This document shows positions 40,120 through 49,176 of a DNA stretch of 64,000 bases, one piece after another; position 1 is the stretch's first letter, and the number at the start of each line of letters is the position of its first letter. The DNA is from Acidimicrobiia bacterium (GTDB lineage Bacteria > Actinomycetota > Acidimicrobiia > Acidimicrobiales > JACDCH01). Where the stretch lies: assembly GCA_052387955.1 (NCBI GenBank), contig JBQTIQ010000017.1, positions 8,319 through 72,318 of the forward strand, read 5' to 3'. The notes beneath the pieces are model-generated. The model saw only the letters and a list, made by a program, of their open reading frames with translations. It made no database searches and was not told where the DNA came from. The position numbers and the translations under genes are program-made.

Positions 40120-42336
40120 TTGGCGATCCATCCAGACCTCGAGGCCGAGCAGGCCTACCTGGACTACGCCTACGACTGCCTCGAGGACGCCCGCCGCCGG
40201 GCGAGCAGCCTCGAGTCGATGGTCGAGGTCAGCCGCGGCGGCACCGAACAGGCCCGCTACGAGCGTGACGTCATCTGGGACACGATCCTCGCCCGCCTGC
40301 GCGAGCTCGACCTCGGCGATGCCTCCCTCGTCTTCGGGCGCATCGACCGCGACGTCCCCGACGAGTTGGCGGCGCCGGCCGAGCACGACGGCGAGGGCGA
40401 CCCCGGTGAAGGCGGCGCCGGCGACGGCGGCGAGCGCTTCTACATCGGCCGGCTGGCGGTGGCCGACTCCCACCAGGAGCCGGTGGTGGTCGACTGGCGG
40501 GCACCGGTGGCCGAGCCCTTCTACCGGGCGACGGGCCGGGCGCCCATGGGGCTCGCCCTGCGCCGCCACTTTGCCACCCGGGGCCGCCAGCTGCTCGGCA
40601 TCGAAGATGAGCTGTTCGGTGCCGCCGCGGCGCGCCTCGGCGCCGCCCCCGACGGTGCCCCGCTCATCGGCGCCAACGGCGGTGCCCGCAACGGCGCCGG
40701 CGCTGGCGCCGACGGCGAGGGCCTGCAGGGCTACAGCACGCTCATCGCCGCCCTCGAGACGGCCCGGACCGGGCGCCTCGGCGACATCGTCGCCACCATC
40801 CAGGGCGAACAGGACGAGATCATCCGCTCCGAGCTGCCTGGCGTGCTCGTCGTCCAGGGCGGGCCGGGGACGGGCAAGACGGTCGTCGCCCTGCACCGGG
40901 CCGCCTATCTGCTCTACACCTACCGCTTCCCCCTCGAGGGCCAGGGGGTGCTGGTGGTGGGGCCCAACCGTCTGTTCCTGGGCTACATCGAACAGGTCCT
41001 CCCGTCGTTGGGCGAGGCCGGTGTCGAGCTCGCCGTGCTCCCCGACCTGCTCGAGGAGCGGGTCGGGGTGACCGGGGCCGACCGGCCCCCGGCGGCGCGG
41101 ATCAAGGGCGACCTGCGCATGGCCAAGGTCCTGGCGCGGGCGGTGCGCGACCGGCGCCGGCCGCTGCGCCGCGACCTGAGGGTCGGCTTCGGGACCGAGA
41201 CGCTGCGGCTGACGGTGTCCCAGAGCGCGATGATCGTCTCCGACGCCCGGCGTCGTGCCCGGACCCACAACGCCGGCCGGCGTTTCGTCGAGCAATCGCT
41301 GTTCGACCAGCTGGCGGAGTCGAGCCACAACGATGCCGACCGCGACGCGGTCAGGGCCGGCCTGCGCCATACCGTGGCGGTCCGTGAGGCGCTCGATTGG
41401 ATGTGGCCGGTGCTTACGCCGGCGGAGCTGCTCCACGACCTGTACGGGTCGCGGGCGCTGTTGCGCTCGGCGGGCCGAGGCCAGCTCGGCGATGACGACC
41501 TCGCCGCCCTGGAGCGGGACCGTTCGGCCTCCGTCGCCGACGTCGTGTTCACCACCGACGATGTGCCGTTGCTCGACGAGGCCCGAGCGCTGCTGGGGGC
41601 GCGTCCCCGTCGGAACGGGCGCCCCGGCGACGACGACGTGCGGACGTACGGCCACATCGTGGTGGACGAGGTGCAGGACCTGTCACCCATGCAGCTGCGG
41701 ATGCTGTCACGCCGTTCGCTCAGTGGGTCGATGACCGTCGTGGGTGACATCGCCCAGGCCACCGGCGCGTGGGCCCACCCGGACTGGGACGAGATCCTGG
41801 ACAACCTGCCCCGGCGCCGGCCCTCACGGCGGGCCGAGCTCACCATCGGCTACCGCATCCCGGCCCCGAACATGGAGCTGGCAGCCCGGGTGCTGGCCGT
41901 GGCCCTCCCCGAGCTCCGACCGCCACGGTCGGTCCGCCACACCGGGGCCGGCCCCCGCATCGTGGACGCCTCCGCCGAGGCCGACATCGGCGCCGCGGTG
42001 GCTGCCGCCGCGGCGGAGGAGCTCGCCGCCGCCGGCACCGGCAACGTGGCCGTGATCGTGCCGGCGTCGCTGCTCGACCCGGTGGCCGACGCTCTGACCC
42101 GGGCGGGCACATCGTTCGGGACGGCGGCCCGCAACGGCCTCGCCGAACAGGTGACGCTGGTGCCGGTGAGCCTGGTCAAGGGACTCGAACTGGACGCCAC
42201 CGTTGTGGTCGAGCCGGCGGCCATCGTCGACGAGGAGGCCCAAGGGTTGCGGGCTCTCTACGTCGCCCTGACCCGGGCCACCCAGCGCCTCACGGTCGTA
42301 CACCACCGGCCGCTGCCCGGGTACCTCGCCGGGTGA
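40120..42336 (+). CDS. helD: HelD-type UvrD-like helicase (RNA-polymerase-associated ATPase)
   Basis: ORF 40120..42336 with a TTG start. It has the N-terminal helical segment LEAEQAYLDYAYDCLE, FYIGRLAVAD....VVDWRAPVAEPFYRAT, the Walker A motif GGPGTGKT and the C-terminal LYVALTRATQRL. Confidence 0.85.
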   Translation: MAIHPDLEAEQAYLDYAYDCLEDARRRASSLESMVEVSRGGTEQARYERDVIWDTILARLRELDLGDASLVFGRIDRDVPDELAAPAEHDGEGDPGEGGAGDGGERFYIGRLAVADSHQEPVVVDWRAPVAEPFYRATGRAPMGLALRRHFATRGRQLLGIEDELFGAAAARLGAAPDGAPLIGANGGARNGAGAGADGEGLQGYSTLIAALETARTGRLGDIVATIQGEQDEIIRSELPGVLVVQGGPGTGKTVVALHRAAYLLYTYRFPLEGQGVLVVGPNRLFLGYIEQVLPSLGEAGVELAVLPDLLEERVGVTGADRPPAARIKGDLRMAKVLARAVRDRRRPLRRDLRVGFGTETLRLTVSQSAMIVSDARRRARTHNAGRRFVEQSLFDQLAESSHNDADRDAVRAGLRHTVAVREALDWMWPVLTPAELLHDLYGSRALLRSAGRGQLGDDDLAALERDRSASVADVVFTTDDVPLLDEARALLGARPRRNGRPGDDDVRTYGHIVVDEVQDLSPMQLRMLSRRSLSGSMTVVGDIAQATGAWAHPDWDEILDNLPRRRPSRRAELTIGYRIPAPNMELAARVLAVALPELRPPRSVRHTGAGPRIVDASAEADIGAAVAAAAAEELAAAGTGNVAVIVPASLLDPVADALTRAGTSFGTAARNGLAEQVTLVPVSLVKGLELDATVVVEPAAIVDEEAQGLRALYVALTRATQRLTVVHHRPLPGYLAG

Positions 42337-42368
42337 GGGGCACCCCGTGCCGCCACCCGGCAGATCTA

Positions 42369-42491
42369 GCTGGGGGGCTGCGCTCCCCGGCCCCCATCCC
42401 CGCCCGGCTCCCTGGCGGTTGCTCGGTCGGTATCTGCTCGGCCCCGGGACCTGTGACAACGTCATGCCTTCTCGGGACCGAGCAGATCTAG
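42369..42491 (+). repeat. 123-bp composite repeat (family-A core plus hairpin module), copy 2
   Basis: This is the reverse complement of 11908-12030 at about 89 % identity by hand alignment. The hairpin arms atctgctcggccccggg / ctcgggaccgagcagat lie at 42432-42448 / 42471-42487. CAGATCTAG occurs at both 42361-42369 and 42483-42491. Confidence 0.9.
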
Positions 42492-43816
42492 TCCCCCGGC
42501 GGCGCGCCCTCACGGCGAGGGCGGTCGGCGTCGCGCTCGCCCTGGCCCTGGCGGCAGGGTGCAGCGATGACCGGGCCCGGCCGGCGGCTGCCACCGTCAC
42601 CCTCCCCGGGCGCGGGCTGGCCACGTCGACGCCGTCGTCGTCGACCACCACCACGACGGTCCCGGTCGACACCGGCGACGGGACCGGGATGGTGCTCACC
42701 ACCGGGCCCGTCCCCTCGGCCGCGGAGCCGGCCGGCGCCGCCGCCGGACCGACGGCCACCCCTTCACCGGTGCCGGCCCCAGCCCCGGGCCCCGCCGCCG
42801 ACCCAGGCACGCCCGCCGAGACGCCTCCGGTCGAGCCCAGCGCCGCGGTCGGCGCCGCCACCGCGGCGGTGCCGGCCACGACCGAAGCCGCGGACGACCT
42901 CGGCGCGGCGGCCGATGTGGTCCGTCACCGCTTCATCGCCGCCGGTGTGCAGCCAATGGTGGCCGTTGCCGGCGAGCGCCTGATGGTCCACTACGCCGGC
43001 GGCCTCGAACCCGACGACGCCCTCGACCTCGCCCGTTCCCGCGGTGAGCTCGTGGCCCGGCCGGTACTCGCCGTCGACCCCGCCTGCGAGCTCACCGCCA
43101 CCGTGCCAGCCGCTCCCGCCCTCGACGACGACGGTGTCGTCTGGTTCCGCGATCTGGCCCAGGGCTGCCTCCAGGTCGGGCCCGGCCTCGTGGTCCCCAC
43201 CGTCGAGGCCGACGCCGTCGTCGCCGACGGTCGCTGGTCGGTGCCGGTCACCGTCCCCCCCGGTGCGGTCGAGCCCCTGAGCGAGTTGGCGTCGCGCTGC
43301 GTGCGAGCCGACCCCTCCTGTCCCGGGGGCCGCATCGCCTTCATGGTCGACGCCCTGGTGGAGGCGGCCCCGGTGGCCCGGCCTCGCTCGGTCGAACGGC
43401 CCGAACTGTCCCTCGTGGGGCCCTTCGCCGAGAGCGAGGCCAAACGGCTGGCGGGGCTGCTGTCGCAGCCTCCGCTGGCCCGGCCCCTGCGGGTGCTGGT
43501 ACCACCGGTCGGGGTGCGGCGGGTGACCATCGGTGCCGCCGCCCTCGTCGGCCCGGCCACGGCGGTGCTGGTGCGGTTCGGCCCCGACGACCCCGAGCCG
43601 TCCGATGCGGTGTACCGGCTGGCCCAGGCCCTGGCGGCCCGCCTCGGGCTGCTCGGGGCCAGTGCCGGCTATCTCGTCGGGGACGACCAGGCCGGGCTGT
43701 TGACGGTGCTGGTGGCGGGGGCCGAATCGACCGACGACCTGCAGGAGGCGATCGCCGCCGCCGGCGGCGTCGACGATCGCTCCCGCATGCTGGTGACCAG
43801 CGCACTGGTCCTCTAA
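42464..43816 (+). CDS. Hypothetical lipoprotein, possible SecD periplasmic (P1) domain-like fold
   Basis: This is the 3' part of ORF 42347..43816. I set the start at ATG 42464 (MPSRDRADLVPRRRALTARAVGVALALALAAGCS). It has an S/T/P-rich linker. By eye, VVRHRFIAAGVQPMVAVAGERLMVHYAGG and GRIAFMVDALVEAAP...GPFAESEAKRLAGLL resemble SecD P1 segments. Confidence 0.5.
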   Translation: MPSRDRADLVPRRRALTARAVGVALALALAAGCSDDRARPAAATVTLPGRGLATSTPSSSTTTTTVPVDTGDGTGMVLTTGPVPSAAEPAGAAAGPTATPSPVPAPAPGPAADPGTPAETPPVEPSAAVGAATAAVPATTEAADDLGAAADVVRHRFIAAGVQPMVAVAGERLMVHYAGGLEPDDALDLARSRGELVARPVLAVDPACELTATVPAAPALDDDGVVWFRDLAQGCLQVGPGLVVPTVEADAVVADGRWSVPVTVPPGAVEPLSELASRCVRADPSCPGGRIAFMVDALVEAAPVARPRSVERPELSLVGPFAESEAKRLAGLLSQPPLARPLRVLVPPVGVRRVTIGAAALVGPATAVLVRFGPDDPEPSDAVYRLAQALAARLGLLGASAGYLVGDDQAGLLTVLVAGAESTDDLQEAIAAAGGVDDRSRMLVTSALVL

Positions 43817-43847
43817 TGCACGGCCGTGGCGGAGCGGATCCCGTCCG

Positions 43848-44507
43848 CTACTGGACCGCGAGCACGCCCTTCATGCCCTTCTGCAGGTGGGTCTGGCCGT
43901 CGGCGGCTTCCACGATGCAGAACATCGTGTAGCTGCCGGCGGCCAGCTGATAGGTCGCGTTGCAGCTCTCCCCGGGGCCGAAGGCCTCGAGCTCGAAGGC
44001 GCCGGCGGCGGCGAGGGCGGCCTCGTCGGGAGCGCCCTCGGACGTCAGCGGAACCTCACCCCCGCCGGGCAGGAAGGCCAGCTCGTGGTCCTCGTCGCCG
44101 GTGTTGCGGGCTTTGAACGTGACCGTCCCGGCCGCCACCTCGATGGTCGCCGGGGCGAAGGCGTAGTTGGACAACACGACGTCCACGCTCGACGTCGCCC
44201 CCGCTTCGAGGTCGGTGCCGACCGGGCTGCAGGCAGCCCCGGTGGCGGTGCTGGCCGAGCCCGAGCCCGAGCCCGCCGGCGCCTCGGAGCTGGCGGCCGC
44301 CGTCGACCCCGATCCCGATCCCGACGCCGAACCCGAGCCGGACCCGGACCCGGACCCAGACCCAGACCCGGAGACCGAACCGCCGGCGGACGAGCTACCG
44401 ATGTCGCGCACGGTCGATCCGTCATCGTCACCGCATGCCGCCACCGCCAACGGCAGCAGGGCGAGTAGCAGGGAGAGGCCCAAGACGGGCCAAGGACGGG
44501 TCTTCAT
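43848..44507 (-). CDS. Cupredoxin-domain lipoprotein with long (Gly-Ser)n linker
   Basis: ORF 43848..44507. GGAGGA lies upstream of the ATG. The signal and lipobox are LLALLPLAVAACGDD. The linker is SGSGSGSGSGSGSGSASGSGSGS. The cupredoxin ligand pattern is DHELAF ... MFCIVEAADGQTHLQKGM. Confidence 0.7.
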   Translation of the reverse strand: MKTRPWPVLGLSLLLALLPLAVAACGDDDGSTVRDIGSSSAGGSVSGSGSGSGSGSGSGSASGSGSGSTAAASSEAPAGSGSGSASTATGAACSPVGTDLEAGATSSVDVVLSNYAFAPATIEVAAGTVTFKARNTGDEDHELAFLPGGGEVPLTSEGAPDEAALAAAGAFELEAFGPGESCNATYQLAAGSYTMFCIVEAADGQTHLQKGMKGVLAVQ

Positions 44508-45906
44508 CAGTGTTCCTCCGGTCAGATGGTGGTGTCGCTCCTGGCGCCGCTCCTCGCCATCGCCAGCCGGCGCCGGCGAGGGCGACGACCGCGACGGTCC
44601 AGGCCGCGTGCAGGACGAGGTTGGTGCCGGCGAGGCTGCGTTCGTCGGGCAGAGCAGCGCGCCATAGCTGGTACAGCGGGTTGGCGGTGCGGTCGAAGTC
44701 GATGACGAGCCGGAGCCGCCCGGTGACCACCTCGGTCAGCAGCCAGGCCCAGGTCGCCACCCCGACGGCAGCGAGGGCGAGGAAGCCGGCCCGGGCACGG
44801 GCGCCGGCCTGGGGCAGCCACCAGGCGACGGTCAGCACCATTGCCGGTACGACCACCACCACCTGGCGTCCCGGCCACCACCAGCCGTGCATGGTGAGGG
44901 CTACGAAGGTGGCGACCAGCCACCCCGCGGCCAGGGGCAGGGCGAGGGTGTCCCAGCCCGGTGGGCGCCGCCGGGCCAACGCGCCGAGGGCGGGGACGGC
45001 GAAGAGGAATGCCGGCGCCCACGCCGCCAGGCCGAAGCTGCGGTCGACCAGCAGACCCACGAGCCGGTTCGAGCGGCCCCCGTAGTCGACCTCGGTACCG
45101 ACGACGGTGAACTCGCCCCCCACGAAGTGGTCCCCCGAGGCGTAGGAGGTCCATCCGCCGTAGCGCACCAGGTGCAGCCCGACGAAGGCGGCGCCGGCGG
45201 CTCCCACCGCGGCGGCGGCGACGGCTAGGCGGTACCGGTCACCCGGCTCGTCGCGCCGCCACAGGCGCACGACGGTGATCCCGGCCACGACGGCGGCGAT
45301 GGGGGCGTACTTGACCGCCAGCCACGGCAGCGCCACCACCGAACCGGCCACCACGGCCATGCCGCCCCGGCCCAGGGGCCCGGTCAGAGCCCCGATCGCC
45401 GCGGTCACGGCCAGCGCCGCCGGCAGCTCGGGGTAGATCTGGGTCCCGTAGGGGGCAAGGGGGGCGGCGGCGGCGAAGGCCAGGACCACGACCGACGCCC
45501 ACCCCGGCGGGGTGGCGAACCGCCGGGCGGCGACCCACACCAGGGCCGCCGCCAGCATGCCGGCCACCACGGCCATGGCCGCCTTGGCCCCCGCCCATCC
45601 GCCCACGCCCACCGGGGCTGCGAGCAGGGCCGGCAGCAGCGGGTCGTGGGGGCTGACCTCGTCGCCTCCGGCCTGGGGCTCGGTCTGGCGGGGCAGGCGA
45701 GCCTCGTGCCACGATCGCCACCGCTCGGCGCTCAGTTCGTCGGCGATGTCGAGCGAACCGTCCTCCCACAGGCTCAGCGCGGTGGTGAGGTACTGGGGCT
45801 CATCGGCCGTGGTGCGGGCGCCGTAGGTGGCCCGGGCCGGGATGCCGAGCGCGCACCAGCCAGCCACGGCGGCACCGACCGCCACCATCGCCGGGCGCAG
45901 TCCCAT
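44428..45906 (-). CDS. Polytopic membrane protein, GT-C-fold glycosyltransferase-like
   Basis: ORF 44428..45906. I see at least 10 hydrophobic helices. The first loop is TTADEPQYLTTALSLWEDGSLD (acidic DE motif). It lies divergent to a GT2 gene. The 3' end overlaps the next gene by 80 nt. Confidence 0.55.
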   Translation of the reverse strand: MGLRPAMVAVGAAVAGWCALGIPARATYGARTTADEPQYLTTALSLWEDGSLDIADELSAERWRSWHEARLPRQTEPQAGGDEVSPHDPLLPALLAAPVGVGGWAGAKAAMAVVAGMLAAALVWVAARRFATPPGWASVVVLAFAAAAPLAPYGTQIYPELPAALAVTAAIGALTGPLGRGGMAVVAGSVVALPWLAVKYAPIAAVVAGITVVRLWRRDEPGDRYRLAVAAAAVGAAGAAFVGLHLVRYGGWTSYASGDHFVGGEFTVVGTEVDYGGRSNRLVGLLVDRSFGLAAWAPAFLFAVPALGALARRRPPGWDTLALPLAAGWLVATFVALTMHGWWWPGRQVVVVVPAMVLTVAWWLPQAGARARAGFLALAAVGVATWAWLLTEVVTGRLRLVIDFDRTANPLYQLWRAALPDERSLAGTNLVLHAAWTVAVVALAGAGWRWRGAAPGATPPSDRRNTDEDPSLARLGPLPATRPAAVGGGGMR

Positions 45907-45957
45907 TGGCGCCGGACAGTAGCGAAGCGGCGTGACCTGTGTAAATCTGCCCTAACA

Positions 45958-46740
45958 ATGACTATGGGCCGAGCAGAACGAGGGATCGCTACCCAGCCGG
46001 CGCCGGTGGTCCTGTTCCTGCCCGCGCACAACGAGGAGGCCACCGTCGCCGGGGTGATCGCCCGGGTGCCGTCGATGGTCGGGGGCCACCCCGTCCGCTG
46101 CCTGGTGGTCGACGACGGCTCGACCGACTCGACCCCCGTGGTGGCCGCCGCCGCCGGCGCCGAGGTCCTGTCGTTGCCGGCCAACCGCGGCCTGGGTGCG
46201 GCCGTGCGCTGCGGGCTGGCGGCGGCGGTCGACGCCGGTGCGGTGGCGGTGGCGTTCTGCGATGCCGACGAGGAGTACGACCCGGCCGAGCTCGGGGCCC
46301 TGCTCGGCCCGATCCTGGAGGGCAGGGCCGACTACGTCGTGGGCTCCCGGGTCGCGGGCCTGCCCCGGCGGATGCGGCCCCAGCGCTGGGCCGGCAACCG
46401 GGTGCTGTCGGCGGCGTTGTCGGTCCTGGCCCGACAGCACATCACCGACGGCCAGAGCGGTTTCCGAGCCCTGTCCCGGCAGGCGGCGGCCGATTCCGAG
46501 GTCATCCACGACTACAACTACGCCCAGGTCCTCACCCTCGACCTGCTGGCCAAGGGATTCGACTACGTCGAGGTCCCGATCACGTACCGCCACCGCACCG
46601 TCGGGCGCTCGTTCGTGCACCTGTTGCCCTACCTCGCCCACGTGGTGCCGGCGGTGTGGCGTGAGCTCCGCTCCGCCCGCCTCGAGCCGACGAAAGGGCT
46701 CCGGCGTCCCGCCGGCGCAGGGCTGTCAGCGGACCAGTAG
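45958..46740 (+). CDS. GT2-family glycosyltransferase (polyprenol-phosphate sugar synthase-like)
   Basis: This is the 3' part of ORF 45646..46740. I set the start at ATG 45958. It has the blocks VVLFLPAHNEE, VVDDGSTDST and FCDADEEYDP, plus GFRALS. Confidence 0.85.
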   Translation: MTMGRAERGIATQPAPVVLFLPAHNEEATVAGVIARVPSMVGGHPVRCLVVDDGSTDSTPVVAAAAGAEVLSLPANRGLGAAVRCGLAAAVDAGAVAVAFCDADEEYDPAELGALLGPILEGRADYVVGSRVAGLPRRMRPQRWAGNRVLSAALSVLARQHITDGQSGFRALSRQAAADSEVIHDYNYAQVLTLDLLAKGFDYVEVPITYRHRTVGRSFVHLLPYLAHVVPAVWRELRSARLEPTKGLRRPAGAGLSADQ

Positions 46741-47400
46741 GGCGAGGATGCGTTGGCTGGCGAAGGCGCCTATGCCGACGTGGCGACCTTCGATCTCGAC
46801 GGTGGTGGTGCCGTCAGGGGACGCGGCAGTGACCGTGCCCCGCCGGCCGGGGACCACCGAGGCGTCCTCCAGGAACTCGAGCAGCCCGGGGGCGAACTCG
46901 AGCTCTTCGGGGATGCGGCTCACGGTGAACTCGGAGCCCACCGCCAGCTCGGCCAGAGCCACGGTGTCGGGTGCGGCGTAGTCGCTCCCGGGAATGGGGT
47001 TGCCGTGCGGGCAGGTGGTCGGGTCGCCCAGGACCCGTACGATGGCGGCTTCGACCGGGTCGGAGATGACGTGCTCCCACTTGCCCGCCTCCTTGTGGGC
47101 GTCGGCCCACGAGAGGCCGAGGATGTCGGTGAGCAGGCGTTCGGCCAGCCGGTGGCGGCGCACGACCTGCTCCGCCAACCGGGTGCCGCCGGCGGTGAGG
47201 ACGATCTTGCCGCCCTTGACGCCGACCAGCCCCTCCGACTCCATGCGCCGCATCATCTCGGAGACGGCAGGACGGGAAACCTCGAGCCGCTCGGCGATCC
47301 GCGCCTGGATGACGTCGACCTCGTCCTCGCGGAGCTCGAAGATCGTCTCGCAGTACTCCTCGAAGGCCGGGTGCCACTCCTGAGCACGGTTTTCCGCCAT
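46726..47400 (-). CDS. ideR: Iron-dependent repressor, DtxR/IdeR family
   Basis: This is the 3' part of ORF 46726..47595. I set the start at ATG 47400. It has EEYCETIFELREDEV, ARIAERLEVSRPAVSEMMRRMESEGLV, RRHRLAERLLTD, EHVIS and CPHGNPIP, plus a C-terminal SH3-like domain. Confidence 0.9.
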   Translation of the reverse strand: MAENRAQEWHPAFEEYCETIFELREDEVDVIQARIAERLEVSRPAVSEMMRRMESEGLVGVKGGKIVLTAGGTRLAEQVVRRHRLAERLLTDILGLSWADAHKEAGKWEHVISDPVEAAIVRVLGDPTTCPHGNPIPGSDYAAPDTVALAELAVGSEFTVSRIPEELEFAPGLLEFLEDASVVPGRRGTVTAASPDGTTTVEIEGRHVGIGAFASQRILALLVR

Positions 47401-47607
47401 CGTCGAAAAGTGTACGCCTCCACGCCGCCGGCGGGGCGCTGGAGACCACGTCGTGTCCCGCCCCTCCCGACGGCGCCGGGGACGAGGACGAACGTGGCCA
47501 TACCGGTGGGACGCGGTGCTCGGCGACAACTCATCGCCGGCCACCACCGCGGGGGTGAGCTCGCTGTCGTCCGGGACGCCGGCAGGGGCGTCCATGTGCC
47601 CACGGCG

Positions 47608-49141
47608 TCACCCGTCATCGGGCCGGCGGCGACCGGGGAGAAGCGAGCGGAGCGCGTCGATGGTGTCGGCCTCGGCGGCGGCCTTGTCGGGCCGGTAGCG
47701 CCGGGCCCGGGCGAAGCGCAGGGCGACCCCGCCCGGGTAGCGGGTCGAGGCCTGTACCCCGTCGATGGCGATCTCGACGACCAGCTCGGGCCGGACGCGC
47801 ACCCCGTAGCCGTGCTCCTCGCTGACGATGGCGCGCAGTGCCTCGGTCTGCCAGGCCAGCAGCTGGTCGGTGAACCCCTTGAACGTCTTGCCGACCATGA
47901 CGAACCCACCGTCCGCCCCCCGGGTGCCACGGTGCAGGTTGGAGAGCCAGCCGGCGCGTCGCCCGTGGCCCCATTCGGCGCCCAGGACCACCAGGTCGAA
48001 GGTGTGGACCGGCTTCACCTTGCGCCACGCCCCGCCCAGCCTCGTAGGCCGAGCCCAGCGCCTTGACCATCACGCCCTCGTGGCCGGCGGCGAGGGCCTC
48101 GTCGAGGAAGGCGGCCGCCTGGCCGGCGTCGGCGTCGACGATCCCGGGCATCCGCCACGGTCCGGCGACCCTCTCCAGCACGGTCAGCCGCTGGGACAGG
48201 GGCCGGTCCACGAGGTCCCCACCGTCGAGGTGGAGGATGTCGAAGAAGCGCGCCCCCAACGTCTCGTCGTCTCCGCTCGACGTCGCCGATCGGCCGAACC
48301 GGCTCATCGTGTCCTGGAAGGCCCAGGCCCGGTCGTGGTCGCCGAGGCCGATGACCTCGCCGTCGAGCACCACCGACGCCACCGGCAGGGCTCCGATCAC
48401 GGCGGCCACGGCCGGCAGGCGCTCGGTCACGTCGTTGAGGTTGCGGGTGAAGAGACGGACCTCGTCGCCGGCCCGGTGGGCCTGGACTCGAGCGCCGTCG
48501 AGCTTCCACTCCACCACCGCCGGCCCACCGCAGGCGGCGAGCGCATCGGCGACCGTGGCCGACGTCGCCGCCAGCATCGGCTGGACCGGCTGCAGGACCC
48601 GTAGCCCGACCGCGGCCAGGGCCGCCTCGCCCCCTCCGTGCAGCCCCAGCGCGGCTACGCCGGGGAGGTCGCCGGCGAACATCGCCGCTCGGCGCACCAC
48701 CGCCCCGGGCAGCCCAGCGGCCGAGGCCACGGCGTCGGCCATGATCCCTGCCAGCGCCCCCTGGCGGAGCTCGCCTATCAGCAGCCGGCGCAGGAAACCG
48801 GCCTCGGCGTCGGTCATCTGCCCCATCACGGCGGCCAACAGCACGGCGCGCGCCGCGGCGGAGCCCGGTCCCGTCGTCGTTGCCAGCCGGTCGAGGGCCC
48901 CGTCCACGTCGCCGACCGTCACGCTCGGCTCGGCGGCAGGCTCGACATCGAGGCCACCGAGCGCGGCCCACCCCACCCCCACCCGCCCCTGTCGGGCCTC
49001 GCCGGCCAGGATCGCCACCGCCGGCACCACCTCGTCGGGGCCCAGCCGGCGCAGGAGCTCAGCGAGAAGGGCGACCTTGGCCGACCGTGACCGGGTGGCC
49101 GCCACCGCCGCCGACGTCGCCACCACCTCGGCAAACAGCAC
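47608..49141 (-). pseudogene. ATP-dependent DNA ligase (LigB type) interrupted by an apparent single-base frameshift
   Basis: The N-terminal 2/3 lies in the frame of ORF 47615..49747, from GTG 49141. It has VLFAEVVATSAAVAATRSR, the adenylation motif I (VEWKLDGARVQ) and ends [14 protein letters not shown]. The OB-fold C-terminus lies in the frame of ORF 47608..48018 (W)[29 protein letters not shown]...[19 protein letters not shown]. The frames switch in the G/C run at about 48028-48040. The total of 1534 nt equals 3n+1. Confidence 0.7.
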
Positions 49142-49176
49142 CGCCGCATTCTGCCGTCGAGCAGAAACAGACGGCC

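Noticed and set aside
38893-42336. Divergent patatin-like phospholipase and helicase as a possible anti-phage defence pair
   Set aside because: The helicase has the full HelD architecture (an RNA-polymerase-associated housekeeping factor). The patatin protein is a plain single-domain enzyme with no cyclase, sensor or effector partner. The flanking genes are core haem biosynthesis, and nothing suggests a defence island.
45907-47607. IdeR operator (iron box, TTAGGTTAGGCTAACCTAA-like) near ideR, the GT2/GT-C divergent gap or the haem genes
   Set aside because: Scanning these intergenic regions by eye shows no 19-bp AT-rich palindrome of that type. The only AT-rich patch (45931-45957) does not fit the consensus.
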